The notes beneath the pieces were generated by a model. It saw only the letters and a program-made list of their open reading frames with translations, was not told where the DNA came from and did no database searches. From assembly GCA_002716385.1 (NCBI GenBank), contig PBAX01000002.1, forward strand, positions 68,180-132,179: DNA of 64,000 nt, in the 5' to 3' direction. Made by a program: the position numbers and the translations under genes. Position 1 is the stretch's first letter; each line of letters begins with the position of its first letter. Source of the stretch: Phycisphaerae bacterium. Its GTDB lineage: Bacteria > Planctomycetota > Phycisphaerae > Phycisphaerales > SM1A02. Positions 8,323 through 20,163 of the stretch are shown here, in pieces.

Positions 8323-9861
8323 GTGGAATCCCCATCACCCAAAGACAACACCGCATCGGATCCGATCGAGCTTAGCGAGCCGCCGGCTGCGGCAGCTGGT
8401 GAAATTCAATCTGGGCGTCTGGCGGGAAAATCACTGGCTGCCGCCATCTCGATCGTGGCGTTCCCAGTGCTTCTTCAACAGCTCATGGCCGCATTCGTGG
8501 GTCTTGCGGACAAGATCTTCGCGGGACATCTGAGAAGTGAAATCGTGATACCGGCGTTGGATGGCGTTGGTGTGGGATCTTATGTTGGCTGGCTGATCGG
8601 AATCGCCATGTCGGGCCTAGGGATCGGTGGTCAGGCCATCATCGCTCGCTCGATGGGGGCCGGGGACGTCGATGTCGGTGAGAAGGCGCTGGGCCAGGCC
8701 ATTTCCATGAGTGTTGTGTGGGGGGTGTTCTGCGGGATCGTGATGTGGTTGCTCGCCGATGAACTCGCGAGCATCGGTGAATTGAGTTCACAGGCCACCA
8801 TTTTCTGCATCCAGTATGTACGTGTGTTTGCCGTGTCGATGCCCTTCTTCGGAATCGTCATGGTCGGTGCCATGTGCATGCACGGTGCGGGAGAGACAGT
8901 TCGTCCATTTCTGATTTCAGTCGGCATCAACATTGTGAATGTAAGCGTCTCGTGGATACTTTGTGGAGCCGACATCGATTTCGGTGATTCCATACTGGTC
9001 AATCCCTTCAGCTTCGATCTGGATGTGCTCGGCATCGCGTTGGGCAGCGTCTTCGGAATCGCTGTGGGAGCCGTGCTCACGCTCTTGATTCTGTTCAGAG
9101 GCATTCGAGATCTCAAGCTGAGACCCGGTAGCCTTCTTCCAAGTGCCTCGATGGCGTGGCGTGTGGTCAGGATCGGTATTCCCAACTTCCTCGAAGGCAT
9201 GGCGATGTGGACGGCCAATATCTTCGTGCTCGGCTTCATCGGGACGATTGCGGGCAAGGCCATGAAGTCCGCCGCCATGGCGGAAGAGGGACGGGGTTCG
9301 ACAGATCTTGCTGTTGCCGGTGAGGGGCTGCAGGGTGCGCACATAATCGCCGTTCAGTGGGAATCATTCAGTTTTCTTCCAGGCTTCGCGATCGGCATAG
9401 CGGCGGGTGCGTTGGCTGGTCAGTATCTGGGGGCCGGAAATCTTGCCATGGCCAAAAAGGCCGTGTGGGTCTGTGTTTCCCTCGGCATGGCATTGATGGG
9501 CCTTATTGGGATCGGGTTCATCATCTGGGGAGAGACGTTGACATCGATCATCTCCCAGAACACCGTTCATCTGGAAGTGGTTCCGACGCTGCTTGTCATC
9601 TGTGGTGCGACGCAGATCTTCTTCGCCGCCTCGATGATCATAAGGCAGGCGTTGCGTGGGACCGGAGATACAGTCTGGGTCTTCATCATCACGGTCGTCT
9701 CGAGTTACGGAATCCGTCTGCCGCTGGCCTGGTTCCTCGGGGTCTATCTGGAATGGGGCCTGCCCGGAATCTGGATCGGACTGTGTGGTGAACTGGGTGT
9801 GCGTGCGGTGTTCTTCACCATGCGTTTCGTCCAGGGTGGCTGGGCGAAACGGGCGATCTGA
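8323..9861 (+). CDS. MATE family efflux transporter
   Basis: 512 aa, about 12 TM segments in two homologous halves, with IIARSMGAGD-type and RQALRGTGDT-type loops typical of NorM/MATE. Confidence 0.85.
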   Translation: MESPSPKDNTASDPIELSEPPAAAAGEIQSGRLAGKSLAAAISIVAFPVLLQQLMAAFVGLADKIFAGHLRSEIVIPALDGVGVGSYVGWLIGIAMSGLGIGGQAIIARSMGAGDVDVGEKALGQAISMSVVWGVFCGIVMWLLADELASIGELSSQATIFCIQYVRVFAVSMPFFGIVMVGAMCMHGAGETVRPFLISVGINIVNVSVSWILCGADIDFGDSILVNPFSFDLDVLGIALGSVFGIAVGAVLTLLILFRGIRDLKLRPGSLLPSASMAWRVVRIGIPNFLEGMAMWTANIFVLGFIGTIAGKAMKSAAMAEEGRGSTDLAVAGEGLQGAHIIAVQWESFSFLPGFAIGIAAGALAGQYLGAGNLAMAKKAVWVCVSLGMALMGLIGIGFIIWGETLTSIISQNTVHLEVVPTLLVICGATQIFFAASMIIRQALRGTGDTVWVFIITVVSSYGIRLPLAWFLGVYLEWGLPGIWIGLCGELGVRAVFFTMRFVQGGWAKRAI

Positions 9862-9882
9862 ACAATCGGATCCTGATTGAGC

Positions 9883-10554
9883 TCAGCTTTCTGCGGAATC
9901 CTGTGAGGTGTCATCGGCAGCTGGTGCCGATTCGGGCTTGGCCTCGGGCTCTTTGGAAGCTTCCTCGGCCTGTTGTTGCCGTCTCTGGATCTGGCTGATC
10001 TTGTTCTTGTCGGGAGAGAGCAGGATGCTCATGCGTCGTCCTGCCATCCTCGGCTCCATCTCGACCTTCGAGATGTCCTCAAGGGTCTCGATCACGTGGT
10101 CCATTCGTTCACGCCCCCGTTCCCTGTGGAGCATTTCACGGCCACGGAAATTCTGGACGATCTGAACCTTGTGTCCGTCCATCAGGAACTTTCTCGCCTG
10201 CTGAAGTCGGATGGCGATGTCATGGGGATCGATCTTCATCGAGCGTCCTAGACGGATCTCCTTCGTCTCAAGTGCCTTTGAACGGGCGCGATTCGCCTTT
10301 TCCTTCTTGGACTGTTCATACCGGTACTTGCCGAAATCGAGGATTCGGCACACCGGGGGATCTGATTCCGGGGAAACCTCCACGAGATCCAGATCGGCTT
10401 CCTTGGCTCGCTCGATAGCATCTCGTACGTCCACGACACCGATCATCTCTTCATTCTGATCAATGAGGCGAATCGGCGACTTGCGTATCTGGTCGTTGAT
10501 TCGAGGAAGGTTCTTGACGTTTTCCTGAGGCTTGAAATAGCGGCGGCGTGCGAT
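9883..10554 (-). CDS. infC: translation initiation factor IF-3 (probable non-AUG ATC start)
   Basis: IF3 N and C domains: RINDQIRKSPIRLIDQNEEMIGVV, LDLVEVSP, VCRILDFGKYRYE, KEIRLG, GHKVQIV. The frame is open upstream of the first ATG (10446) to an in-frame TGA at 10558-10560. ATC at 10552-10554 has GGAGA 8 nt upstream. Confidence 0.85.
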   Translation of the reverse strand: MARRRYFKPQENVKNLPRINDQIRKSPIRLIDQNEEMIGVVDVRDAIERAKEADLDLVEVSPESDPPVCRILDFGKYRYEQSKKEKANRARSKALETKEIRLGRSMKIDPHDIAIRLQQARKFLMDGHKVQIVQNFRGREMLHRERGRERMDHVIETLEDISKVEMEPRMAGRRMSILLSPDKNKISQIQRRQQQAEEASKEPEAKPESAPAADDTSQDSAES

Positions 10555-10837
10555 GGCTCAGATCTCCGAGTACAGGGACAGGTAGGCCGACCCTGCGCAC
10601 GAGATGACTCGTGAGAAAGTCGGCGTGATTGAACGAATGCAGCACGTCATGCCGGAAGCTGAGAAGCGAGGCTTTGTTCTGGGGCTTGCAAGGATGCAAC
10701 GGCTCCGAAGGACGGCTGGAAAGGACGGCTCGAACGGTCCGCCTCTGAACCAAGAGCGTACCGGGAGCGATTGCTGAGAGCAACATCAAACCCGGCTTTG
10801 AGGCCCGTTGGCGGGGCATGGGCGTTGGTTGGATCCA

Positions 10838-12913
<2,076 letters not shown>

Positions 12914-13105
12914 GGTTTGTATTCCAAGTTCGGGTGGGGTCAGCAGGATACCCCGTTGGCGCTTGATCATGAGCCATTTCGAGGGCATCATCTCAAGTCC
13001 TGACGCTCGATGTGCGGTTCCCCTGCATGGAACCTTGGTCTTTCTTTGGGGTCAAATGGCCCATGAGGCCGACATCACAAGCAGTCAGGGGGTACTGGAG
13101 GGTCC

Positions 13106-13600
13106 ATGATCTGCCCACGTTGCGGAGCCGACGACGACAAGGTGATCGACAGCCGTGCTGCCGAGGATGGTTACGTCGTACGCCGCCGGAGGGTGTGCAA
13201 TGGGTGTGATCACAGGTACACCACCTACGAGCGAATCGAGCGTCGTCAGCGTCTGGTCGTCGTCAAGAAGGACGGTGCCAGAGATCAGTACGACCGCGGC
13301 AACATCCTCCGGGGCATTCAGGCCGCTTGCGGCAAGCGTCCCATTCCGGAGTCGGTGAAGGACGACATCGTTGATGCGATCGAGGGTGAGATCCATCGGG
13401 AGTTCGATCGCGAGGTGCCCAGTCGTGAAATCGGTGAACGCGTGGCTGCCCGCCTTCGTGGGCTCGATGCGATCGCCTACATACGATATGCCAGTGAATA
13501 CCACAGCTTCCGGACGATTGACGAGTTCGTTGAGGAGGTGACCGAGCTGAAGACCAGGCCCCAGGATTCAGAGGGGCAGGATCAGCTGTTCGAGGAATAG
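13106..13600 (+). CDS. nrdR: transcriptional repressor NrdR
   Basis: Zn ribbon MICPRCGADDDKVIDSR...CNGCDHRYTTYE followed by an ATP-cone. Confidence 0.9.
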   Translation: MICPRCGADDDKVIDSRAAEDGYVVRRRRVCNGCDHRYTTYERIERRQRLVVVKKDGARDQYDRGNILRGIQAACGKRPIPESVKDDIVDAIEGEIHREFDREVPSREIGERVAARLRGLDAIAYIRYASEYHSFRTIDEFVEEVTELKTRPQDSEGQDQLFEE

Positions 13601-13610
13601 CCGGAATCGA

Positions 13611-14363
13611 TCATTTGGCGATCGTCTCGGCTTTCAGTTCCGGAGTCACATACAGGATTCTCAGGCAATTCTCACATTGGGTCAGGGATTCGATGTTGCC
13701 AAGAAGCTGGACCACGATGTTGAAGGGGAGATTCACGTTGCATGAGCTGCAGCAATACTCGCGGCGTTTCTTGTCGATTTCCTCGATGTGTGCCATCGCA
13801 TCACCATCAAAATCGTCTGCGCACTGGGTGAACGTGCTCAGTGGCGATTCCGGGATAATCGCGGCCTTCACATCCCGTTCTCTCTGGAGTTCCGTAACGC
13901 GTTCCGCAATTTCCGCCTTGCGTTCTTCAAGTTCAGTCGCCGCTCTTGTTAGTACCGTTTGCCGTTCGGTGATGGCTTCCTCGAGCGTACCCATGTCCTC
14001 GTCGATCGATTCGATCTCCGACATCTCGGCTAGCGCCAATTCATCGGTTTCACCACGTGTCTGCTTGAGCGTATTCATCTCCTCGAGGAACGCGGAGTAC
14101 TGCTTGGTGGTCTCGGCGGTGTTGAGCTCGTTGCGGAGCTTCTCGAGCCTCTCGTCCATCGCCTTCGTGTCGGTTTCGAAACCGCTGACGGCCACCTGTC
14201 GCTGCTTGCGACGGGTCTGGAGTTCCTCCTTGCGCTGTAGCAGTTCGTTCATCTGCCGGTTCTGTGCGTTGAAGAAGGTCTCTGCTGAACCGACGCGAGA
14301 CTGAAGTCCTCGGAGCTGTCGCTCTACGAGATTGAGTTCCAGTAGATCTTCTATGAGGCTCAT
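13611..14363 (-). CDS. coiled-coil protein with C-terminal zinc ribbon (COG1579-like)
   Basis: 250 aa. Long heptad-rich region, then CCSSCNVNL...CENC. Confidence 0.6.
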   Translation of the reverse strand: MSLIEDLLELNLVERQLRGLQSRVGSAETFFNAQNRQMNELLQRKEELQTRRKQRQVAVSGFETDTKAMDERLEKLRNELNTAETTKQYSAFLEEMNTLKQTRGETDELALAEMSEIESIDEDMGTLEEAITERQTVLTRAATELEERKAEIAERVTELQRERDVKAAIIPESPLSTFTQCADDFDGDAMAHIEEIDKKRREYCCSSCNVNLPFNIVVQLLGNIESLTQCENCLRILYVTPELKAETIAK

Positions 14364-14497
14364 CGCTGATGGGTATCCTTGCTCGATTCGTGTGATTTAC
14401 ATTGACTCGTCTTCAACCCTCCAGTCTACAGGCAATAGGGGGCGTGGGGAATACAATGTTGCCTATTGAATTGAATCCCCCGAGATTGGGTGGATGA

Positions 14498-15409
14498 TCA
14501 GCTGCAGTCTTGAATGGACAATCGAAGCATCCACCATGCCAGTGGTGCTGTCAGCAGCAGTGAATCGATCACATCCATGACTCCGCCCAGTCCCGGAAGC
14601 AGTGTTGAAGAGTCCTTCAGGCCCGCGCCACGCTTGAACAGGCTCATGGTCAGGTCTCCAGCTTGCCCAGTCACCGCCAGCACGGCTCCCATGATCAGCA
14701 CCCACCACCAGGCCAGAGGGCAGTCGAGCAGGGCATCGAGTATCAAAGCGGCTGCCATCGAAGCGGCGATTCCCCCAATAAGGCCTTCAACGGTCTTTCC
14801 GGGGCTCAGCCATGGGATCAGTTTGTGTTTGCCGATGGCATGTCCGGTGAAATAGGCGCCGATGTCGCAGGATTTCACCACAAGCGCCACCCCGCCGATC
14901 ATCCAGATCGATATGTCGGATCCTATGAGGAGAAGGAATCCACTGAGTACACCGATGTAGATCATGGCAAGCATGACGACGGCGGTCGACGCGAAGGCGT
15001 GCTCGACCTTCCTGCCTCGACTGAAAATCAGGAGTGATGCGACCATGGCCAGTGCGATGATCGTCAATGGAACAACGGCATCGAACTCGATCGGCAACGA
15101 GGCGGATAGCCATGTCGACAGCATCGCGGCAACGGTGGCAACGGCGGTCAACGGCTTGTTGGTGAGCAGGCCGTGCGCCTTGGCGATCTGGGTAATCTCG
15201 ATGCTGGCGAGAGTGGCCACGAGAACGCCCACCACAGCGATGAGCAGGCCGGGGGGGAGCTGCCAGTTGCCAATTGCGACGGATCCGATCCTGGTATCCA
15301 GCCAAAGCAGGCCTACCAGGCCAAGGATGAAGCAGCTTCCGGTGACAAGTCTCTGGGCGAGCACTTCAGGAGGCTCCGTTGGCCGTTGCGATCGTGAGCC
15401 ATTGTTCAT
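14498..15409 (-). CDS. cdsA: phosphatidate cytidylyltransferase
   Basis: KSCDIGAYFTGHAIGKHKL, SPGKTVEG, and signature SLFKRGAGLKDSSTLLPGLGGVMDVIDS. An alternative GTG start near 15364 would remove the 44-nt overlap with the upstream gene. Confidence 0.85.
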   Translation of the reverse strand: MNNGSRSQRPTEPPEVLAQRLVTGSCFILGLVGLLWLDTRIGSVAIGNWQLPPGLLIAVVGVLVATLASIEITQIAKAHGLLTNKPLTAVATVAAMLSTWLSASLPIEFDAVVPLTIIALAMVASLLIFSRGRKVEHAFASTAVVMLAMIYIGVLSGFLLLIGSDISIWMIGGVALVVKSCDIGAYFTGHAIGKHKLIPWLSPGKTVEGLIGGIAASMAAALILDALLDCPLAWWWVLIMGAVLAVTGQAGDLTMSLFKRGAGLKDSSTLLPGLGGVMDVIDSLLLTAPLAWWMLRLSIQDCS

Positions 15410-15740
15410 AGCCGCCGGACATCGAACGGACGTGCCTGAAGCCTGCTAGCTGGAGGAACTTGGCCACGATGACCGATCGATTGCCTGATTTGCAGAAGAC
15501 GACGATGGGTTTCTCGCGATGTGTCTCGATTTCATTGAAGCGTGTGCTGAACTGCTGGAGTGGAAGATGGATTGCGTTGTGAATCGAGCCATCCTCCCAT
15601 TCCATGGACGTGCGGCAGTCGAGCAGGAGGAAGTCCTCGCCTTTGTGTACCAGCTTATGAACCTCCTGCGGCGTCACCTCCCATGGAGAGTTGTCCAGGG
15701 GTGTGGGGTATTCGCTTTGTGTTTCGTTTCCGCTGGACAT
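15366..15740 (-). CDS. rhodanese-domain sulfurtransferase
   Basis: LLDCRTSMEWEDGSIHNAIHLP and the active-site loop VVFCKSGNRS. Confidence 0.8.
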   Translation of the reverse strand: MSSGNETQSEYPTPLDNSPWEVTPQEVHKLVHKGEDFLLLDCRTSMEWEDGSIHNAIHLPLQQFSTRFNEIETHREKPIVVFCKSGNRSVIVAKFLQLAGFRHVRSMSGGYEQWLTIATANGAS

Positions 15741-15787
15741 GGCTGTTCATCGTACCTGATTGAAGGTTCCGGTCGTGGATGGCGACG

Positions 15788-16483
15788 TCAGGTATCCATC
15801 TGCCCGGCCACTCTTTCAATGGCCTGCTGTATGACGTCGAAATCGAACCCACGACGGGCGAGTCGGCCATGAAGCCTTTGTCGGCGAATGTCGGGTTCGC
15901 ATGACTGGAGCGATCGCAGGGCCTTGGTGGCAACCATGATGGCTGCTTCCAGAGGATCTCCGGCAGCAGCCTTGGCGGCTTTGGCGGCATCTTCAGGTGA
16001 AACTCCATGACGTCTGAGTCGATGCTCGAGAAAACGGGCGGATGAGGGTGTCCGTCGGGCGATGGAGGTGGCGGCGTCGTCGGCGAATCGTTCGTCATCA
16101 AGCAGTTTGAGTTCCTTGAGTTTGTCGATCACCTGATCCACGATCGGATCGGTGTGTGCCCGCTTGCGAAGGAAATCGCGGATGTCCTTCGTCGAACGTG
16201 CCTTTCTCGCGATACGTTGCATGGCGGCTCGTCTGGCAAGTCGATACTCGTGGCAATCGGCGATTTGCTCACTAAGCCTGGTCGTCAGCGGCATGTCCAC
16301 CCGCAGCCCCAGATCCACCCGATCCCGTTCCATGATGGTGGCGGCTTTTCGACCATCCACCTTCACGACACATGAATCGATGTCGCCTCGAGCGGCACCG
16401 AACCCGGTGATGGCCCCTGTGTCCGGTATGTTCGGCCGCTTGGGCTTGGGTGTTCTGTCGGCTGTTCTTCGAGGAGGTGTCAT
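15788..16483 (-). CDS. recX: RecA regulator RecX
   Basis: Three-helix repeat pattern typical of RecX (RSTKDIRDFLRKR..., VIDKLKELKLLDDERFA, FLEHRLRRHGVSPEDA). Confidence 0.7.
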   Translation of the reverse strand: MTPPRRTADRTPKPKRPNIPDTGAITGFGAARGDIDSCVVKVDGRKAATIMERDRVDLGLRVDMPLTTRLSEQIADCHEYRLARRAAMQRIARKARSTKDIRDFLRKRAHTDPIVDQVIDKLKELKLLDDERFADDAATSIARRTPSSARFLEHRLRRHGVSPEDAAKAAKAAAGDPLEAAIMVATKALRSLQSCEPDIRRQRLHGRLARRGFDFDVIQQAIERVAGQMDT

Positions 16484-16794
16484 GAAAGGATTTCACCAAG
16501 CAGAGCCTCTATCTCACCTTCCGCATGGATGTCTCCCGACTCTCTGGCTTGATCGAGCCCCGCCTCGAGGGTCGAGCGGGCCTCCTCCGTCCGATCATCA
16601 TCAAGCAGGCATCTGGCCTTGTGGTAGTAGGCATAGCAATAGTCCGCCTGTACCTCGATTGTGCGATCGAAATGGGCGATGGCGCGGTCCGTCTGTCCGG
16701 CCTTGGCGTACTCCATGGCGATCCCGTAGAGGCAGAATGCGTCGTCGGGTTCTGATTCGAGCATGTTCCTGAGCTGGCTTATTCGGTCCGTCAT
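16480..16794 (-). CDS. TPR-repeat protein
   Basis: PDDAFCLYGIAMEYAKAGQTDRAIAHFDRTIEVQADYCYAYYHKARCL matches the TPR consensus. Start trimmed to MTDRISQ. Its stop overlaps the recX start (ATGA). Confidence 0.55.
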   Translation of the reverse strand: MTDRISQLRNMLESEPDDAFCLYGIAMEYAKAGQTDRAIAHFDRTIEVQADYCYAYYHKARCLLDDDRTEEARSTLEAGLDQARESGDIHAEGEIEALLGEILS

Positions 16795-16842
16795 TTGGCT
16801 GCTCCCGTGTCCATCTTGAAACCGTATGGGTATCCTGTCCCG

Positions 16843-18417
16843 ATGCTTCATCCCTCCAAGCCCTACCGCATTCTACCGAGGTTCCTGCCTGCGCTGCTTT
16901 GTCTGGCATTCATTTGTCCCATGGGTTGCCTGCGCTACAAGTTGGAGAAGACGTCGCGGCCCAGCACCCGGCATCTTGAAGTCAGGCACGAGGCGCATGG
17001 AACGTCCTATGCGACTGTTGTAGACGAGGATCTCTGGTACGTAACGCAGGGCAATCGACTTCTTGTTCTGGACCCCATCACCGGTCGCCAGATCAGTGAG
17101 ACAGATCTCGGTAGAGGAGGGGAGACCGGCCCCGCAGTCGATCTGCTCGTGACCACCACCGACATATACGTCGTGATGAGAGACACCTCCGTGGTATCAC
17201 TGGGGCGAACGGATCCAAGGAGGCCCTGGATCGAGACGCGTTGGGACGTCGAGACACTCGGAATCGAGCCTCGTTCGATTCATCGGGGCAGGAACGGTCC
17301 GATTGTCTGCGGCTTGGGCGGTGCTGTGCTGCTTCCGGATCTGAAACGCATCGTTGATCATCACGATGAAGTCACATCCGTCGTCGAGCTGGGTGAAGAG
17401 TCCTACTACGCATCCGGTAGAAGGGTCTATCGAATATCCGACGACACCTACATCGGTTCAGCCACCAGTCTGGAATCTCTCCCGCCATCGGATGGGGGTG
17501 GGGAAGTAAAGGCTGGAGGATCGGTGCTTCCCGAGGATGTCATGCTCTTCACAAGGAACGAATCCATGGGTGGGCTTGCCGGATTCGCCTACGTCGATGA
17601 CGCCATACTTCGAGAAGTCGATTCCAGACATGGGACGGAGGCCTTTTCCGGTGGCATTCGTCGAATTCACGCGAAGGGTGATCGTGTTCTGATCATTTCT
17701 CAAGCGAGCATCCATCTGTACCGAATCGATCACAGGGGCCACCTCGGCGAGATCTGGTCGCAGAAGGTCAACGGTGCCAGAGATGCCGGCTTCATGGGGG
17801 ATGACGAGATCGTAGTCGTGGGCGACTTCGGTCAGGCGAGATATGGGACGAAGCGTCAGGGTGATTCCCTGGAATATCGTCATGATTCACCAGGTGGCCT
17901 GATTCAGGCGGTGTCCGACGGACGTTCGATCGTTGCGACGGGTGTGGATGGCACATGGAAGTACAACATCGGTCACGAGGCGGAGCTGGTGACGGATCAG
18001 ATCCGTCTGTTCCCACCACCTCCAAGGGCAGTGGCGACACTTGGCTGGGAGATCGCGATCTCGCCAGACGGCAAGAGCGCCGTTGTCAGCAACCAGTTCG
18101 GTGAGGCGGTGCTTCCGGCGCCGGTTGATTCGCTGTTCACGACAGTCACTGCGGCTGAGGGTAGTTTCTGGTTGGGACATCACAAGGGGATCATGATGCT
18201 CAAGCCGCCCAAGCAGTCGGCTCCGGTTCCGAACGGTTGGGATGACATGACCCCGGAGGAACAAATCGAAAGCGGTTACTCGGTATTGCAGGGTTTTCAG
18301 AAGCTGTCGGTGATGATCGATGGACCGGTCATTTTCATTCAGCCGCTGGATCTTGGGGGCGGTGTCGCCTACGCGGCAACCAATGACGGGTTCGGCGTCG
18401 TTCGCGAAAGCTGGTGA
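16843..18417 (+). CDS. hypothetical lipoprotein, possibly beta-propeller-like
   Basis: Signal plus lipobox (LAFICPMGC). Beta-rich repetitive composition. No catalytic motif recognised. Confidence 0.45.
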   Translation: MLHPSKPYRILPRFLPALLCLAFICPMGCLRYKLEKTSRPSTRHLEVRHEAHGTSYATVVDEDLWYVTQGNRLLVLDPITGRQISETDLGRGGETGPAVDLLVTTTDIYVVMRDTSVVSLGRTDPRRPWIETRWDVETLGIEPRSIHRGRNGPIVCGLGGAVLLPDLKRIVDHHDEVTSVVELGEESYYASGRRVYRISDDTYIGSATSLESLPPSDGGGEVKAGGSVLPEDVMLFTRNESMGGLAGFAYVDDAILREVDSRHGTEAFSGGIRRIHAKGDRVLIISQASIHLYRIDHRGHLGEIWSQKVNGARDAGFMGDDEIVVVGDFGQARYGTKRQGDSLEYRHDSPGGLIQAVSDGRSIVATGVDGTWKYNIGHEAELVTDQIRLFPPPPRAVATLGWEIAISPDGKSAVVSNQFGEAVLPAPVDSLFTTVTAAEGSFWLGHHKGIMMLKPPKQSAPVPNGWDDMTPEEQIESGYSVLQGFQKLSVMIDGPVIFIQPLDLGGGVAYAATNDGFGVVRESW

Positions 18418-18423
18418 TCGCAG

Positions 18424-19113
18424 TCAGCTGTCTTTGCACCATTCACAGCTGCAATATTTTCTACAGAGGGGATCCTCATCGCAGCGAGGATGTCTGGCCT
18501 TGCAGGCGGCTCGCCCATGCGCAATGAGAAGATGGCTGAGTTGCGTCCACTTGGGCCGCGGGAACAGGGCCATGAGATCCCGCTCGATCTTATGGACGGT
18601 CTTCGAGTTCGTCAGTGAGAAACGGGTTGCGATTCTCGATACATGGGTATCCACTACGACGCCGACATTGATGCCAAAGGCGTTACCAAGAACGACGTTT
18701 GCCGTCTTTCTGGCCACACCTCTCAGCTCGAGCAATGCCTCCATGGTGTTTGGGACTTCGCCATTATGGAATTCAACGAGTCGTTTCATCGATTCGTGGA
18801 TGGCCTTCGACTTGTTCCTGTACAGGCCGATCGAGCCGATCAGAGGCTGTATGTCCTCGGGGGTTGCAGCGGCGTAGTCGGCTGGAGTCGGAAATGCGGC
18901 GAAGAGCGCGGGTGTGGCCTTATTCACGCCCACGTCCGTCGACTGCGCCGAGAGTATCGTTGCAATCAGAAGTTCATGGGGTGTTCGATAGTCCAGTGCG
19001 CAGGTCGCGTCGGGGTAGGCGTTTTCGAGTGCGGAATAGATTCTCGAGGCGCGTCGTCGATCCGAGTCGGACGTGACTGGCAGATCGAAACTTGCCTTGC
19101 TGGTCTGACTCAT
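18424..19113 (-). CDS. nth: endonuclease III
   Basis: HhH-GPD region LLELRGVARKTANVVL, VVVDTHV, and the 4Fe-4S cluster CKARHPRCDEDPLCRKYC. Start trimmed to MSQTSKA. Confidence 0.9.
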   Translation of the reverse strand: MSQTSKASFDLPVTSDSDRRRASRIYSALENAYPDATCALDYRTPHELLIATILSAQSTDVGVNKATPALFAAFPTPADYAAATPEDIQPLIGSIGLYRNKSKAIHESMKRLVEFHNGEVPNTMEALLELRGVARKTANVVLGNAFGINVGVVVDTHVSRIATRFSLTNSKTVHKIERDLMALFPRPKWTQLSHLLIAHGRAACKARHPRCDEDPLCRKYCSCEWCKDS

Positions 19114-19673
19114 CGCACATGCCTTCGATCGGATGGAATCGAGGCGCCCACGCTGGCAAGGCCAATCAGAAGCAGCAGTCCAGTGGTGCCCCAGAGCGGT
19201 TCGGCGATGCGGTGCCATTCATTGAAGGAGTCTTGTTCCTTATTGGCCGTCTGCAAGTCGCCTGTTCGAGCGGCTTCCCGATATGACTGAAGATGGGCGT
19301 TCATTGGAGGGTCGATGACGGTCCATCGCCCGAGTACGAGCACAATTGCAATCACCACTGTTCCGATGTTGATCCATCTGAGTGCGGTCGGCGGCTGGAT
19401 CAAGATGTTCTGCATCACGACAAGAAGAAGAGTCGTGGGTACCAGAGCCATTTGAATGAGATCGGTCATCCTGAATATTGGTTCCACCGTCAAGCCAGCG
19501 AGTAGCCGTCCATGACGAGCAAGGTCGTAGGCCTCATACTCGGGGATGATCGGATTCATATTCAGGAGTACGGAGAACGTGCTGGCTGCGGCGACCCCAG
19601 TCGTCACGACACAGGTGAGCCAGAGGGCGATTGACAGGATGCAGGCCATGGAGACGATTCGTCGCATGATCAT
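19110..19673 (-). CDS. hypothetical integral membrane protein (about 4 TM)
   Basis: 187 aa, hydrophobic. Overlaps the moaE stop and the nth start by 4 nt each. Confidence 0.5.
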   Translation of the reverse strand: MIMRRIVSMACILSIALWLTCVVTTGVAAASTFSVLLNMNPIIPEYEAYDLARHGRLLAGLTVEPIFRMTDLIQMALVPTTLLLVVMQNILIQPPTALRWINIGTVVIAIVLVLGRWTVIDPPMNAHLQSYREAARTGDLQTANKEQDSFNEWHRIAEPLWGTTGLLLLIGLASVGASIPSDRRHVR

Positions 19674-20128
19674 GATGTCAGCTCGGCTTCAGACTTCAAT
19701 GGTGTTCCCTCGGGCCAGGTCTGTCCGTCCTCCCATGACTCCTGCTTCCAGATGGGCACTCGGGACTTGAGGGTGTCGATGAGCCATTGGCAGGCCAGAA
19801 AGGCCTCCATTCTGTGGGGGGTGACGACCTGAATGACAACGCTGGCCTCTCCAACCGGGACAATGCCTGTCGAATGATGAAGGCGGACGGCAAGTGGCTT
19901 CCATCGCTCGATGGCCTCATTGACGAGCTTGTGCAGTTCGTCCACGGCCATGGTCCGTTGGGCCTCGTATTTCAAGGCCATAAGATCGCCATGTTCAGGG
20001 TGATGTTCAGGTCTTGTGATCCCTCTGAACAGGCATTCGGCTCCACCCGGAGGTGCGGCTTCCCATTCCTTGGTCTGAACAGGTCCTTCGACGAGCTCGA
20101 TCTCGATTATTCGGTCTTCGTTGTTCAC
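19670..20128 (-). CDS. moaE: molybdopterin synthase catalytic subunit
   Basis: GAECLFRGITR, HHSTGIVPVGEASVVIQV, and RVPIWKQE, typical of MoaE. Confidence 0.8.
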   Translation of the reverse strand: MNNEDRIIEIELVEGPVQTKEWEAAPPGGAECLFRGITRPEHHPEHGDLMALKYEAQRTMAVDELHKLVNEAIERWKPLAVRLHHSTGIVPVGEASVVIQVVTPHRMEAFLACQWLIDTLKSRVPIWKQESWEDGQTWPEGTPLKSEAELTS

Positions 20129-20163
20129 AGGTTCATCCTAGCGGATAGCGTCTTGCGATCAGA

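Noticed and set aside
10640-10670. CCGGAAGC...GAGAAGC string in the thrS-infC spacer, reminiscent of the SRP RNA domain IV GGAA tetraloop region
   Set aside because: The flanks (catgcc / gctgag) do not base-pair into the required helix, and no symmetric or asymmetric loop motifs are present.
14425-14475. Short inverted repeat (caatagg ... cctattg) in the gap upstream of the zinc-ribbon gene and downstream of cdsA
   Set aside because: Only 7 bp of stem with a loop of about 22 nt. Too weak to call a terminator or operator.
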